From: Takakia lepidozioides
Lineage: Eukaryota; Plantae; Bryophyta
Length of the DNA stretch: 64,000 nt
Reading direction: 5' to 3'
Assembly (NCBI GenBank): GCA_030704615.1
Contig: CM060733.1
Location: 71,238,001 to 71,302,000 of the forward strand
The notes under the pieces were generated by a model. The model made no database searches. It saw only the letters and a program-made list of their open reading frames with translations, and had not been told where the DNA came from. Within the stretch, counting starts at the first letter, position 1. Every line of letters starts with the position of its first letter. Shown one piece after another: positions 13,159-26,229 of this stretch. The position numbers and the translations under genes are program-made.

Positions 13159-13549
13159 CGAACACCGCACGAAGTTGGCAAGTGCGAGGTTCACTATAGC
13201 GACAGACCAAGGCTCGTAGGCACCACGTAATTGGAACTGCGGAGGCCATCCACGATTGGAAGTCGCACATTGAAGTGGAAAAGAATGTTTCAAGATACAT
13301 GCATGAAGGTGGGAGGTGTGATTCCATATCCTGTATGTATAACAATGATGGCCATTTCGGCGACGAAATAACATCTCCTGACAGTTTTTCCTGAGGGTGG
13401 ATCCAGCAGTATTCTTGGTGCAGACATGAACGTTTGCATTGACAAGTGCTAGGACTGTCAGTTAAAACGGTTAGACAACCAAGTTGTGCTCATTAAGACA
13501 GGTCGCAATCGTGTTGTTTCGAAACAATGCATCCCATTGCACATGACAG

Positions 13550-15210
13550 AATGGGAATGCGGTGCCGCATTCCAGTTCAACATCGTCCTCTCGCTGATTG
13601 TGATCGGAAATGCGGCACCGCATTTCCGTCAACGGGGAAACCAAACTAGTGCTGTAACGGAAATGCGGTACCGCATTTCAGTCCACTGTACAAGGAGGCA
13701 CATGGTGGAACGGAAATGCGGTATCGCATTTCGGCCGACTGGGACTAGGAAGACACAATAGAAAAGAATAGCGACAGCGCATTTCCATCGACTGGGACAC
13801 CTTGGACACCATTTCCGTCCGGTCTCTTACTTTCGATTGCAATTGGACGAAAATGCGGCACCGCATTTCCGTCCGAGGTGAACCTTCGTATTTTCCAGAA
13901 TGGGAATGCGGCGACTCATTTCCGTCCAACATGCAAGGCCTGTAACAGTGCAACGGAAATGCGGCACCACATTTCCGTCCGGGGGAAACCAATATTATTT
14001 CCGGAACAGAAATGCGGCACCGCATTTCCGTCCAACAAGTAAGGTAACTAACAGTGGAACAGAAATGCGGTGCTGCATTTCCGTTGTGATTGTAAATCAT
14101 GAAACAGTGCAACTGAAATACGGCACCGCATTTCCGTCCGAGTCGTCCCTTCCGAATTTTCAGAACGGAAATGCGGCGCCGCATTTCCGTCCTACATGTA
14201 CGGCATGCAACAATGGAACGGAAATGCGGTACCGCATTTCCGTTATCCATGGAATCAATCAAACAGTGCAACGGAAATGTGGCACCGCATTTGCATCCGG
14301 GGTAAACCTTTATACTTTCCAGAACGGAAATGCGGCACCGCATTTCCGTCCAACAAGTAAGGTAAGTAACAGTGGAACGGAAATGCGGTGCTGCATTTCC
14401 GTCCGAGTCGTACCTTCCGAATTTTCAGAACGGAAATGCGGCGCCGCATTTCCGTCCTACATGTACGGCATGCAACAGTGGAATGGAAATGCGGTACCGC
14501 ATTTCCATTATCCATGGAATCAATCAAACAGTGCAACGGAAATGCGGCACCGCATTTCCATCCAACATGTAAGGTATGTAACAGTGGAACGGAAATGCGG
14601 TGCCACATTTCCTTTGTGATTGTAAATCATGAAACAGTGCAACGGAAATGCGGCACCGCATTTCCGTCCGAGTCCTACTTTCCAAATTTTCTAGATCGGA
14701 AATGCGGCGCCGCATTTCCGTCCAACATGTACGGCATGTAACAGTTGAACGGAAATGCGGTACCGCATTTCCGTTATCCAGGTATTCAATGGAACAGTGC
14801 AATGGAAATGCGGCACCGCATTTCTATCCGGGGGAAACCAATATTCTTTCCAGAACGGAAATACGGCACCGCATTTCCGTCCAACAAGTAAGGTATGTAA
14901 CAGTGGAACAGAAATGCGGTGCCGCATTTCCATTGTGATTGTAAATCATGAAACAGTGCAACTGAAATGCGGCACCGCATTTCCGTCCGAGTCGTACTTT
15001 CCGAATTTCCAAAACGGAAATGCGGCGCCACATTTCCGTTTTGCATCTCAGGCATGAAACCGTATTCCGTTTGGGATTCAACTCAAAGTTGCCTTAACGG
15101 AAATGCGGCGCCGCATTTCAATTTTCACTCTAACTGATCAGACGCTGGGACGGAAATGCCATGATATATGAGCACGTGGCCCAACGGAAATGCGGCACCG
15201 CATTTTGATG
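13550..15210. repeat. A-type palindrome array, GGAAATGCGGYRCCGCATTTCC, 53-bp period
   Basis: About 30 copies; GAAAT starts at 14009, 14062, 14115, 14168, 14221 and 14274. About six spacer types recur as a higher-order repeat. Confidence 0.95.
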
Positions 15211-15478
15211 TTTGCACTCATGCTCGCTGAAGTAACAGGAGGCGGCTCGGCCTGACCGTTGCATAATTAGGTTTGTTTTGCAGACTGCATGCGTACCTTT
15301 GACGATTCGAATTTCGTAATAACGCATAGTCCACAAGGAGACACTTCCATCGTAGCCTTTCGAACCCAAGCGGTGCATCTCCACCGTTTCATCTTCTTTT
15401 GTCATGTCTGCTCAGTCACCCCTCTTGCGCCCTTTCCATCTGCACTCTTCACCCATTTTCCGTGTCTCTGTTCTTCTT

Positions 15479-16169
15479 ATGCTCCGACCTGAGAGGGAGG
15501 AAGTTCCTGCACCAGAGAAGAGACGTCGTTGCAAGCTCCGCAAGTTGTACTTCAAACGAAGGCCAATGCCAAAGGGAAGGGAGCAGATGCGTCTTCAGGA
15601 GGAGATGGTCATCGTGCAGCATCAGGCAACGAAGGCAACCCAGCCCCGAGTGAGAGCTCCGTGCTATCGGGATGCGCGCAGCTGATCGAGCACCGAAACC
15701 TCTTTTTCGTTGTGCAATTGTTAGACTGTATGATAGGACAATTGAATGCAGAAGATGTTTGCATGCCTAACTCGATAGGTGGAGGTGGTGGAGGGTTCAC
15801 AGGAATCCGAAGAGCCGTAGGACAAATCCGTGGAGCTAGCTGCAGCACGCACACCCATCCGATCAACAAGCACGGGTCTTCCTGGCGGGCTTAGCCCTGT
15901 GCGTTTCAAGGATGCGGCTTTGAACGGCAAGTCTTTGAAGTTCAAAGCAGCAGAGAAAGACTCGCGCTTGAAGCTCATGGAGAATCGCCAGCAGGGATCG
16001 GCCCCTTCACTAGCAAAGACGAAGAAGAAGCAGCCCTTCCTTGAACTAGTTTATGAACCGGACCAGGTCATCCCCCCCCCCCCCCCAAGAGAATGAAGCA
16101 GAATGGTGCAGTGCAGATTCAAATGCAGCAGACACCTTCACCTGCAAAAATCAAGAAGAAAAAGGCAAT
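15479..16169 (+). pseudogene. 5' exons of the ParB-MTase gene of element A', interrupted by an LTR
   Basis: MLRPERE...RRRCKLRKLYFKRRPMPKG and ELAAARTPIRS...PVRFKDA match the - strand peptides at 49820-49150. Confidence 0.75.
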
Positions 16170-17721
16170 TGTCGCGCACCTCACTTTGGTAAGCTCCCCT
16201 TCAAGTCATAGTTACTCACTTTGATGCGCGCGCCTAACTCCCAAACTGGCCACCGGGCCAACTTGGAACTTCGGCTGCTCACCGGGACATAACGGTCCCC
16301 CTTTGCTCCTCCAATAGACCCTCTCCAGTGGAAATTCCCTTTGGTTGTTGGCAGTCCGGAACAGCTCCCCACACCTTAGTCGCTTTCCGGCTCGCACGCT
16401 TACTCACTAGTTTTTGGTCACCAACGGGCTTGCACCGTTCTTGGGGTTACTACTCCCTATATATACTTCTATGACTATCCGCGGGGGTTTCACAAACAAC
16501 CCAGTCATTTTATGGCGAACCACCACACCCCTCAATTCCCGGTGATGAGTCGCGGTGAGTCTTGGCCCACCCACCACAGCCCCATTGGACCGTGATGAGT
16601 CCCAAGACTCCCCACGACTCCTACCACAAGGTCTCCGCCCCATGGTGAGTCCTATGCCACCCCCACTAAGACCCACTAAGCTACCACCACTCCTAGTGGA
16701 CCCACCCCCACCGCAACCCGGTGTGCGGGGCGTAGTGAGTGCCTCCGCCTCCTTGAGTGCCTTGGGCACTCAAGGGTGCTTCAGCCCCCGTAACTACTGT
16801 TGCCACTGCCCCCACTATAGGGGCAACCCCTCTTATGTCCCGACCCCCTGCCCTTAAGGCAAAGGGCCGCGACACAACAGGGAGTCGATGTCCTCATCGA
16901 CTTGTCCATTTTGTAGAAACGAACATCCAAGTTGTGGCGTCCAACATCAAGGAGTTTGTTTCCGTACCATGGCGTCCCATGACAAAGAACCAAACCCCCC
17001 ACTTGACTCAGCTCTCCACTAGCTAGTTTGGCCGACTTCCTCCAAGTCCCGGCCAAGGGTGGAGCCTCTCAAGCTCCACCCAGTGCACTCTTCTTGGCCC
17101 ACTTCAAGGCCAAGGAACGATCCTCCCTGAGGATCGAATCGCCTTACTGCAACAACATTGCTTGCGACCGCTCATGATGCCACTTTTGGTATCACCTTGA
17201 GCAAGGGTTCACCTTGAACCCTTTTTGACTAGGAACCAACCGCGCGCCCCAATCACTACAATTGGGTCCGCCTTGGAATGTTGGCCTGAGGTACGGGAAC
17301 ACGCCAAAGCCGCACTATGACTTCGTCCCGAGGTTACACGATTATAGTACGTGAACGGAAGCACATAGCTTCCGTGTTAATCCGCACTACAAGACAACCC
17401 CCTTGGTAGCGCAGTTATAGTACGCGCACGCACCAAGTGCGCACTAGCACGTGAACTCCCACAGAAGGCGCAAGTTTCCTTGCCCCTTGGATGGAGTCAC
17501 CCGATTTTGGCACTGCGCAAACACACGATTAATCCAATTTACCTCTCCCACTTTTATAAGCTAGCATGTATTCTACACACTAGCCAACCATACCATGCAT
17601 CACCATTCCAAACAAAATAGGAAGCACAACATTTGGAAACCATTTCATTTATGACAAAATTTGTACAACACAAGTTTTTGCAATCGGATTCCTGAGCTAG
17701 CTAAGCCGGACTAACCATGCA
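16170..17721 (-). repeat. Putative 3' LTR of the chromovirus (~1.55 kb)
   Basis: Bounded by TG at 16170, exactly where homology to element A stops, and CA at 17720-17721, next to a - strand polypurine tract (GGGGGGAGGAAA). No second copy in the window to confirm. Confidence 0.65.
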
Positions 17722-17729
17722 TTTCCTCC

Positions 17730-20700
17730 CCCACGCTCCAAGGTTGATGTCCCCATCAATGCTTCTTCCGCTTTTGAGGTCGTCTTTCGAAAGCTGCAAC
17801 CGCCTCGGATGTCTTTTTCCCATTTCTGAGGCACACACCCAAGTTGCCTCCACTTGATGATAGCCCTTCCATTTCACGAGATACTCCGTTTCTTGATTTT
17901 TGAACCTCCTCGACTTAAGCATTGCCTCCACCTCGTACTCAGGTTCATTTTCATGATCCAACAGCACACGTGGCAAACACAACACTTGATGCCGATTCGG
18001 ACGCGCTTCATCTTTGAAGTAAGGTTTCAAAAGGGAGACGTGGAATACCGGATGCACCTTGTTGTTTGCCGACAGCTCCAATTCATACATATCCTCATTC
18101 ATAACCTTCCGGATGCAAAAAGGCCCCGCATACGGAGGTACGAACTTTGGACTCACTTCCAGAGGTAGTCAAGAGTTCTTGATGTTCAACCAGACCTCCG
18201 TGCCTGCCTCAAACTTAACTTCCCTCCGCTTCCGATTTGCCTGTCGTTTATACCGTTTCCTAGTTTTGGCAATGTTGTACTTTGCGAGCTCCAACAAACG
18301 TTCTCAGGACCACGCGACAGCTCTGGATGTGAATGTCGTCAACGCCATTCAAAAAATTCCATGCACCACTGCTGCTGCCGGTTCCTCAACGTCCTGAGCG
18401 GCCCAACTTGTCGGCACCAGAGGTGCTTTTCCATAGACCAATACAAAAGGGGAAACTCCCGTTGCGGTGTGTTTCGTGTTATTATAACAAAACTCTGCCG
18501 CATCCAAGTGCTCCACCCAGTCTGATTGGTCTGCCGAAACATAATTCCGCAAGATCTGCTTCACCACGGAATTCACTCTTTCTGTTTGGCCGTCCGTCGT
18601 AGGTCGGAAGGCGGTGCTCATCTTGAGCCTCGCCCCCATTTTCTTCCAAAGTGCTCTCCAAAATTTACTTGTAAACTTTGGATCGCGGTCGGAGACAATA
18701 TCCTTCGGGAGTCCATGATGCTTGAAGACGTGGGCGAAGTAAAGTCGCCCCGTCTCCTGCGTCATTGCCGTCTCTTTGGTGGGAATGAAATGGCCCATTT
18801 TACTGAACCTATCCACCACCACCATGATTGCATCGAATTCTTTTGACAGCAGCATAGCAGTCATAAAATCCATCGATACACTTTCCCAAGACCCCTCTGG
18901 AATCGGCAAGGGTTGTAACAGCCCCGCTTGCTTTTTGTACTCGCTCCGGTTTTGTTGGCATGTGGTGCATGTCTTGACATACTCCTCGGCCTCCTCCCTC
19001 AGTTTGGGCCAGAAATACTATTTCTTCAAGAGTGTCGCGGTGCGCTTGACTCCGCCGTGGCCCGCAAGTGGGCCATCGTGGCATTCTCTCAAGAAACTAT
19101 CTATTATCCCTCCCTTCGGCACGTAGAGGCGCTTTTGCTTGTACCGGAGCAGTCCATTGTGCAAGTGGAACTGTGATTTAACTCCCATCCTCAAGTCCTA
19201 CATCACGGACTTTGCCATCTCAGTAAGCCTTCCGGATTTTCCTTGCGCCGTCTCGCCCTTGTACACCAACATGAGCTGCTACTTTCTACTTAAAAGCATC
19301 GGCCACCACATTGTTCCGTCCCGGTTTGTACTGGATATCCACATCGAACACTGCCAAAGTGTCTTGCCACCTAAGTTGTTTTGGGGACAACTTAGGTTGC
19401 GTGGCAAAATACTCCACCATGACATTGTCCGTGAACACCTTCACGGGGTTGAAACCAACATAGTGGCGCCAAAGCTCAAGGCAATGCACCATTGCCTTCA
19501 TTTCTTTCTCGTGCGTAGGCCACCTTCGCTCCACTTCATTCAGTTTCTTACTTTTGTAAGCCACTGGACGTCCATCCTGCATGAGCACACCCCCAATTGC
19601 GAAGTCCGACGCATCTGTATGAATCTCAAATGGACGGTCAAACTCCGGGATTTTTAGGACTGAAGCTTCCGCCATCCGCTGCTTCAACTCGGCAAAAGCT
19701 TGGCCACAAAAGGTGGTCCACACCCATACCTTGGACTTACACAGAAGGTTTGACAGCGGCCCCGCGATCTTGGCAAAATTTCACACATACTTTTTGTAAT
19801 AGGAGGCGAGTCCTAGGAAGGTTCGCACTCCCGGGACCAAAGTCGGAGGCTCCCAGTCCAAGATCGCCCTCACATTTTTGTTATCCATTTTGATCCCATC
19901 TTGTGTAATCACATGCCCTAGGGACTCCACTTTTGTGACCCCGAATTCGCACTTTGAAGCTTTGGCATATAGCTTCCCTTCTCGCAATTTCTGGAACACC
20001 CTTTTGAGGTGCTCCAGGTGCTCTTCCTTTGTTTTCGAGTACACCAAGATGTCGTCAATGTACACGATCACAAAGTCATCCAACCACTCCTGGAAAAGGC
20101 TGTTCATTAGCATGCTTAAGGTCGCGGGTGCGTTGGTGAGCCCAAAAGGCATCACCAATAACTCATATGAACCATATCTTGTCATGCACGCGGTCTTCTC
20201 CTCATCTCCTTCTGTCAATCGGATTTGATGGTAGCCGGAGCGCAAATTGATCCGGCTGAAATACTTTGCTCCTGCCAACCGATCAAAGAGGTCGTCGATC
20301 CTTGGCAAAGGATACTGATTTTTGATAGTCACCTTATTTAGAGCCCTGTAATCGACATACATCCGCAGCGTCTGATCCTTCTTGTCTGCGAATAGCACCG
20401 GAGCTCCGTAAGGTGACTTACTCGGCCGGATGTACCCCTTTGACATTAGATCCTTGAGCTGAGCCTTTAGCTCGACCAACTCTCTGTGGCTCAACCGGTA
20501 GGGCGCCTTGGCAGGCAGCTCCGATCCCGGTATCACCTCAATCTTGTGGTCAACTCCTCTTCGCGGTGGCAAGCCGCTTGGTAAATCCTCCGGCATCACA
20601 TCCTGGTATTTTTCCAGGATCCTCTTGATCCAGTCTGGGCTCGGCTACCTATCGTCTTCTCCTTCCACTTGTCTTACGTAAAGCAAAAACTGGGGCTCGT

Positions 20701-22300
20701 GTGGCTCCTCCACGGCCCACTCCTTTGCTGACAATAGGTTTATTTGCCCTCCCACTCGGTTGGGCGTTTCCGACACTCGTAACACTTCGCCACCATTCCC
20801 ACACGGTAGCGTGACTATTTTCTTGCGGCCATCTATGATCGCTCCGGATTTGCTCAAAAAGGTCATCCCCAAAATGAGATCCACCCCATCGATCTCGCAA
20901 ATGGTGAAGTTCTCACGTCCCTCCCAACTCCCGAGCTGAAGAGGAACATCGAACACAACAGACATGGCTTTGGACACTAAGTCAAATTTATTCACCAGGA
21001 TCAAAGACTTGCAGACTTGCTAACATGAATGCAAAAATGAATAGAAATAGGAAAGCACCCCCATGATACACTAGTTGTAGGTCATGACTGATCCTCGTCG
21101 CCAATTGTGGTTCTCTTTTGGCATAACGCACCTCAATAGAGGCCCCCACATCACTTGTCGGGAGCCCCAGCTTCCGTGCCGTTGTCAGTGTCATGAAGGA
21201 GTGCGACGCTCATGTGTCCACCAACAAGGACACGTTAGTTCCGGAAATTATCCCACTTACAAACATTAACAGACACCCTTTATGCAAGGCGCCAGTTTCC
21301 TCATACAACTCACAAGAGTAGTTGCCTACCTTGCAAGTCTTGGCGACCACTGCCTCCACCAGCATCTGATGGAATCTTCGGACAGCTCCGCGGTCGCCCG
21401 AGTCATGTTCAATTGTCGGGGTTTTGCACACTTCTTAGCCATGTGCCCGGGCTCCCCGCAATTAAAGCACACTCCATCAAAGGTCGCCTTCTATCCGCCA
21501 TAAGCCGCCACACCTAATTTTTCTTTTGGAGCACCGGGTGCCATCTTGACGTGTGAAGGCCCTCCCTTCGATTTCCATGTGCCATTGTTGCCGTGTGGCC
21601 TATCCCACTTCTTTTCCGGTTGGAAGGAGTCACCCTCCCGCCGGGTCTTCTTGTGATTCAGCTCCGTACGACCTTTTCTTTTGCCCCTAGGGACATCCGA
21701 GAAACATTCAGCCCTTTCAATTGCCTCGTTCAAAGTCTTAGGTGGCTTCTCCTCCAACTTCCGCCTGGCCCATGGGGGTAGTCTTGCCACAAAGTTGAAG
21801 ACCAATTCTGGTTCTGCCATATCCGCGACTTCGAGCAACAGCACGTTGAAAGCCTGAATATATCCCCGAATGTCATCCATTTGCTTCAAATTCCTCATCT
21901 TGTCCCGGGCGAGCCAAGACGCGTTGAGGGGCACAAACTATCTTTTCATAAGTTCTTTGGACCTACTCCAGCTCAAGGTTTCTTGGTTTGGACCTTGGTC
22001 ATGAAGGCGTTTTTGCCACCATTGTTGAGCATAACCCCTCAAATAGGTTGGAGCCACTTCCACCCGATCCTCGTCACTCAACTTGGCCGCTCGGAAGTAC
22101 TGCTCTAGCTCCAAGAGCCAGGTGTTGAGTGCCTTCCAATTTTGGACGCCCTCGAAGGTGTCGGGTTCCTTCGGCTTCACCTTAAACTTTGCCTTAGTGG
22201 AAGTGGCATTAGCCGTTTTCAACACATCCTTCAACGTCCTGCCAAACTGCGCCAACAACCCTTCCCAAAAGGCTAATGGCATGGGAGGCATCTGTTGGTC
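17730..22300 (-). pseudogene. gag-pol polyprotein with stops and frameshifts
   Basis: Gag (KPKEPDTFEG...AQQWW), knuckle CFNCGEPGHMAKKC (~21430-21470), protease [23 protein letters not shown] / [10 protein letters not shown] / YIDD, RNase H TDASDFAIGGVL, integrase SMDF / IVSDRDPKF / DGQTERVN, GPF motif, chromodomain EYEVEAML...YLVKWKGY...ATW. Confidence 0.95.
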
Positions 22301-22323
22301 TGGCGGAGCCTCTGGGAAGTCCT

Positions 22324-23246
22324 TGTCGAGCGGCTTTTACTCACCCATCCCTTCGCTATCCGAGGTGGAAACTCCAAGATAGAAGAGTTGGATATCTCTA
22401 AACACTCAGCCCGCTCAGAACAATCAGTCATGACCTACACCCAGTGTATCATGGAAGTGCTTCTTGTTTGTATTTCTTCTTGCCTTCAGGTCAGCAAGTT
22501 ACCTTACTGTTTATATTTAAGTATCAGATTGCTTCAGCAATCCACCAGGTTCCATTCGCTCTTCCATTCATTTTACAGCTTCCCTCAGGTCTCTCTAAAT
22601 AATGTGAGTATGGAATATGTATCAGATTAAGTTATATCAAGTAACAGGCCGAAGCCATGGTGTCTCTAATCCGCTCTACAGTATCACCCTACAGCTTTGC
22701 ATGTATTAAGCATCTACAGATCGTCTCTCCTCCTTCACCATGCTCTCCATCCTTGCTCCCGTTCGTGCTCTCCACCTGATCTCCTCTACTCATGACCCAG
22801 AAGTGCTCTCCCCCATAAGTGTCCTCCATGTTGCTGCTCTGCCTAATTTAACTGCAAACTGTTCTAACCGCCTAACTAAATAACTGTCACCAAAGAAGTA
22901 AGCACGTTCCCTCTGCAGATGTCGTTCCCACACAGTCATTCCCTGCCAATGATAACCATTCCCTATGTATGCTATGACGGGCTGTGCCAAGCTGTGTCGG
23001 GTTGTGACTGTGCCGAGCTGTGACTGGCTGTGTCGGACTGTGACTGGTTGTGTCGGGCTGTGTCGGGCTGTGATAGACTATGATAGGTTGTGTCAGACTG
23101 TAACAAGCTATGTCTAACTGTGTAATGCTGTCTACCACCCCCAAGGCTTGTGCTAGTCCAAGTCTACCATCCGTAAGTCTGTGCAAAAATTAAGGGTACC
23201 CCACAAAACCCATAAAAGTGTCTAAGTCCCAGACAACCCTCTAACA
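22324..23246 (-). repeat. LTR of a second LTR-retrotransposon family (~0.93 kb)
   Basis: - strand reads TGTTAGAGGG...CCGCTCGACA, preceded by PPT GAGAGGGGGAGGGGTAA; homologous to 60606-61544; contains an internal ~10-bp CACAG microrepeat. Confidence 0.9.
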
Positions 23247-23287
23247 TTACCCCTCCCCCTCTCAAAAAGCCGTGTCCTCACGGTTTA

Positions 23288-24400
23288 CTATTTAGGATCA
23301 ACAAACCTTTGAGAACGAGGACCTTTCTGTCGGTGAGAGTCCCGTGGAAGGCTCTGTGTGCAAGCCCGAGCTCTGTCACTGGCTAATGGAGGCGACTGGG
23401 CACCAAATGGAAATGTCTGCCCTTCCTTTGGTTGATAAGGAGGTAACTTCTCAGGCATAGGAGATCCCCGTCGTTTCTTCTCTGCCATCTGTAGTGCATA
23501 GTCCTCCGCCATGTCAAAAACTTCTTCCATAGAACCAGTAGTATCATAATCATCTTCCCCCCTGTGGCCTTTTGGTGCCCGAACCTTAAGTGGCTTCTCA
23601 AGAATCCTGCGTGGCATACAGTGTTGGCCCACCAGGTCTGGAAGCTTAAACTGTACAACTTGCATCAATTGCTTGCGAGCAAAATTAGTGTACTCCCGGA
23701 GTTCCTTGTCCGTATAGGTGAGAGGTGTGCCAATGACCTTAGAACAGTGTAAGTATTTCCAGGCTTCATGTCCCTTATAAAAAATATCGTCAAAGCCAAA
23801 TTTTTCCTTGGCCAAACTGTCCAAAGTAAATTGGAACCAAGAACGAAGTTGGGGATCCTTCTGCAACATGACCTTCACATCATACAGATATGTACTGAAG
23901 GTAAAACCCAATGATCCCCAGTGGAATAACTCAGAAATCTCGACTGCATCTTCTGCTGCTCAATGCGTGCAATGAAACAAGCAGCATAGTATAATCCACA
24001 GCCCATGACCAAACTAGGTACCTCCTTGGTCTTGGTGTAGATGTACCCATGAACAATCTGGAAGGCAATTAATTCCTTCAGCATGGTGCCTGCCTCAGAC
24101 CAGTACCTTACAAAATGGTGATCCTCAATGGGTCGGTTGTTCGGAAGAACCTTAGTCTGAGTTGCCACTGGCAACCAAATGCGCATGATCTAGTAATAGT
24201 GTGCCAAAGACTCTGGAGGACTGAATTCCTTCCAAGCCAAATCCATCACAATGGGAATTTGGTTGAAGGGCATAATCATAGCCCGATTGTACTCAAGTGC
24301 AGCAGGAGTCCCAGCTCTTCCTCAGGAACAAAAAATCTTTTATCAATGTTGGAGCTCAAGTCATCCACTTGAGTCTACAGCCCTTCCACATCATCCTGCA
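23288..24400 (-). pseudogene. Unassigned ORF immediately upstream of the PPT/3' LTR of family 2
   Basis: MRIWLPVATQTKVLPNNRPIEDHHF... and DDIFYKGHEAWK...FDMAEDYALQMAEKKR are homologous to 59200-60567; frameshifted. Confidence 0.7.
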
Positions 24401-26013
24401 ACTACAACAGATTGCGGCTTTTATGACTCCCATGGCTGCGCAGTCATGACAGATTTGTGGCAGAAATGCCATTGGCAGTCGTAAATGCCTTTTGAAGTCA
24501 TAACGCAGGTCTGGGGAGGGTGTATATGCGATTGCATGACTCCGGACTCTGCGCAACACAGGTCAAATATGTTTGACCACGAATATTGGCATGGCAGATA
24601 TGACTACCAGTCACGGTCATGCCTACACTGGAATGACGTGTGCAAATTGCTAGACGGACATATGACTTCATGACTCTCACTCTAATGCATTCTGCCAGAT
24701 CATCGCATGGATGAATCACTACATGACTGCACGTGTCGACACATGCTTTTATGGTTATATATATAATATATCAGTCTTTATATTTTGAAAAAATGTCGAA
24801 GACTCTAACCACTAGAATGAATTTTTTTTTTTAAAATCAAAGTGCAAAAGATTTGAAAAAAACACATCGGCTGGTAGGTGCATAGTGTGTCGCCCCGGTG
24901 GTTCAGGGTTCAAACCCGCTGCCCTACCCCGTGTGTGGGATTGTTCGTGACAATATGTTTGGGCGTTGATCGTCTTGTAGGTCTCATGGCCCAAATGAAA
25001 GGGGGTTAATTTTTCCCCCTCCTCAAGGGCCTGAGGCTTCCTTTAAATGTCGGATTGGTCTGTGAGAACCACCACGGTGCAGCTGAGCGGGTAGAGATTG
25101 AAACACGGCCTGCTAAGACCAAGCTGACTCTCCCAAGAACGGCGAGCTCCCAGCCAAAACCTCCTCGCACACATACCCTAGCGTTTCTAGGGTTGCTTGC
25201 TTCAGATGCGAAGGTTGCTCCAACTGCGGCCTCCCATGCATATTTCCATTCCCTCCCGCTCGCTCGCTCTAAGTCCCAGCCCTCTCTCTCTCTCTCCCTT
25301 CCTCCCGCTCGCTCGCTCTAAGTCCTAGCCCTCTCTCTCTATCTCCCTTCCTCCCACTCACTCTAATTCTATTCACGGGTACCGTGATGGGCAACTTTTT
25401 AAGTTTTTTAACATTTTTGCAAACCCTATAAGCAACTTTTTTATTTTCTTATTTTTTGGGTCTCAGGGGTGCTACACAGGACTTGGTGGATAATCATCTT
25501 ATGCAAGTGTGGTTAACACAAGGGCCGGTAGAAGGGAAGGTACCAAGGAAGCTCACCCAGAAGGAGATGAATGATCTCAGGCTGCAGGTGCAGAATATTG
25601 CCACAACCACTATAGACAATGTCTATAGTAGAATAGCTGAGTCACTACAACAGATTGCGGCTTTTACGACTCTGTGTTATGACTGCAAATGCAGTTATGA
25701 AAGCCATTTACGACTTCCTGACTCTGAAGTCGTAAAACCCTAGTCAGTTGTGGCATGGCAGATATGACTCGCCAGCCTGGCTGTGACGTGGTGCTTGAGC
25801 AGCTGTGGGGGTAGTCATACACGCTGGCTTTATTGAATGACTGAACAGGTCCATGTCAGCCACAATGTAAGAGAGACACGTGCTCTCTACAGAACACGCC
25901 ACGTGTCAGATTGCAACGCCATCCTGACTGCAGAGGAGGGAATCAGACGTCAGCACGTGTCGCATCGTGATTCTGACACGTGGTTCCTCATGTCAATTGA
26001 CACGCGTCGCTGT

Positions 26014-26105
26014 GGGGGGGGGGGGGGGGGGGGTTGGGGATTTAATTTATTGTTATTATAATTACTATAATAATAATTATTATTATTATTATTATTATTA
26101 TTACT
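26014..26105. repeat. Poly-G run followed by a (TAT/TAA)n microsatellite
   Basis: Directly visible. Confidence 0.9.
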
Positions 26106-26229
26106 TTTGACCAACAGGGGACAGCGGCACATTATTAATTAACGAATTTTTGAAATTATATTCTTAGATAAAATATTTATTCGCTCAGATACCAAAACAC
26201 ACCCTTACGGGGAATGAGAGTTTGCCTTA

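Larger units (their letters stand above)
10902..16169 (-). mobile_element. MULE-like element A' (second, doubly truncated copy of subfamily A)
   Basis: Closely matches the reverse complement of ~49150-54255 (transposase, array, start of the ParB-MTase gene). Cut on the left by the terminus of element C and on the right by a gypsy LTR. Confidence 0.9.
16170..22323 (-). mobile_element. Ty3/gypsy chromovirus LTR retrotransposon, decayed; 5' LTR not seen
   Basis: gag - zinc knuckle - protease - RT - RNase H - integrase - chromodomain order on the - strand, followed by a polypurine tract and a putative 3' LTR. Confidence 0.95.

Noticed and set aside
13486-15081. Many overlapping ORFs with repeating EMRCRIS / GNAAPHF / KCGTAFP peptides (also 50100-51700, 36900-37900, 43900-44600)
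   Set aside because: Artefacts of translating the stop-poor palindrome in all six frames.
13550-15210. CRISPR array (palindromic repeats with ~30-bp spacers), also at 50170-51580 and 36990-37740
   Set aside because: No cas genes; eukaryotic context; spacers recur as higher-order duplicates; repeats are degenerate full palindromes also scattered singly in introns.
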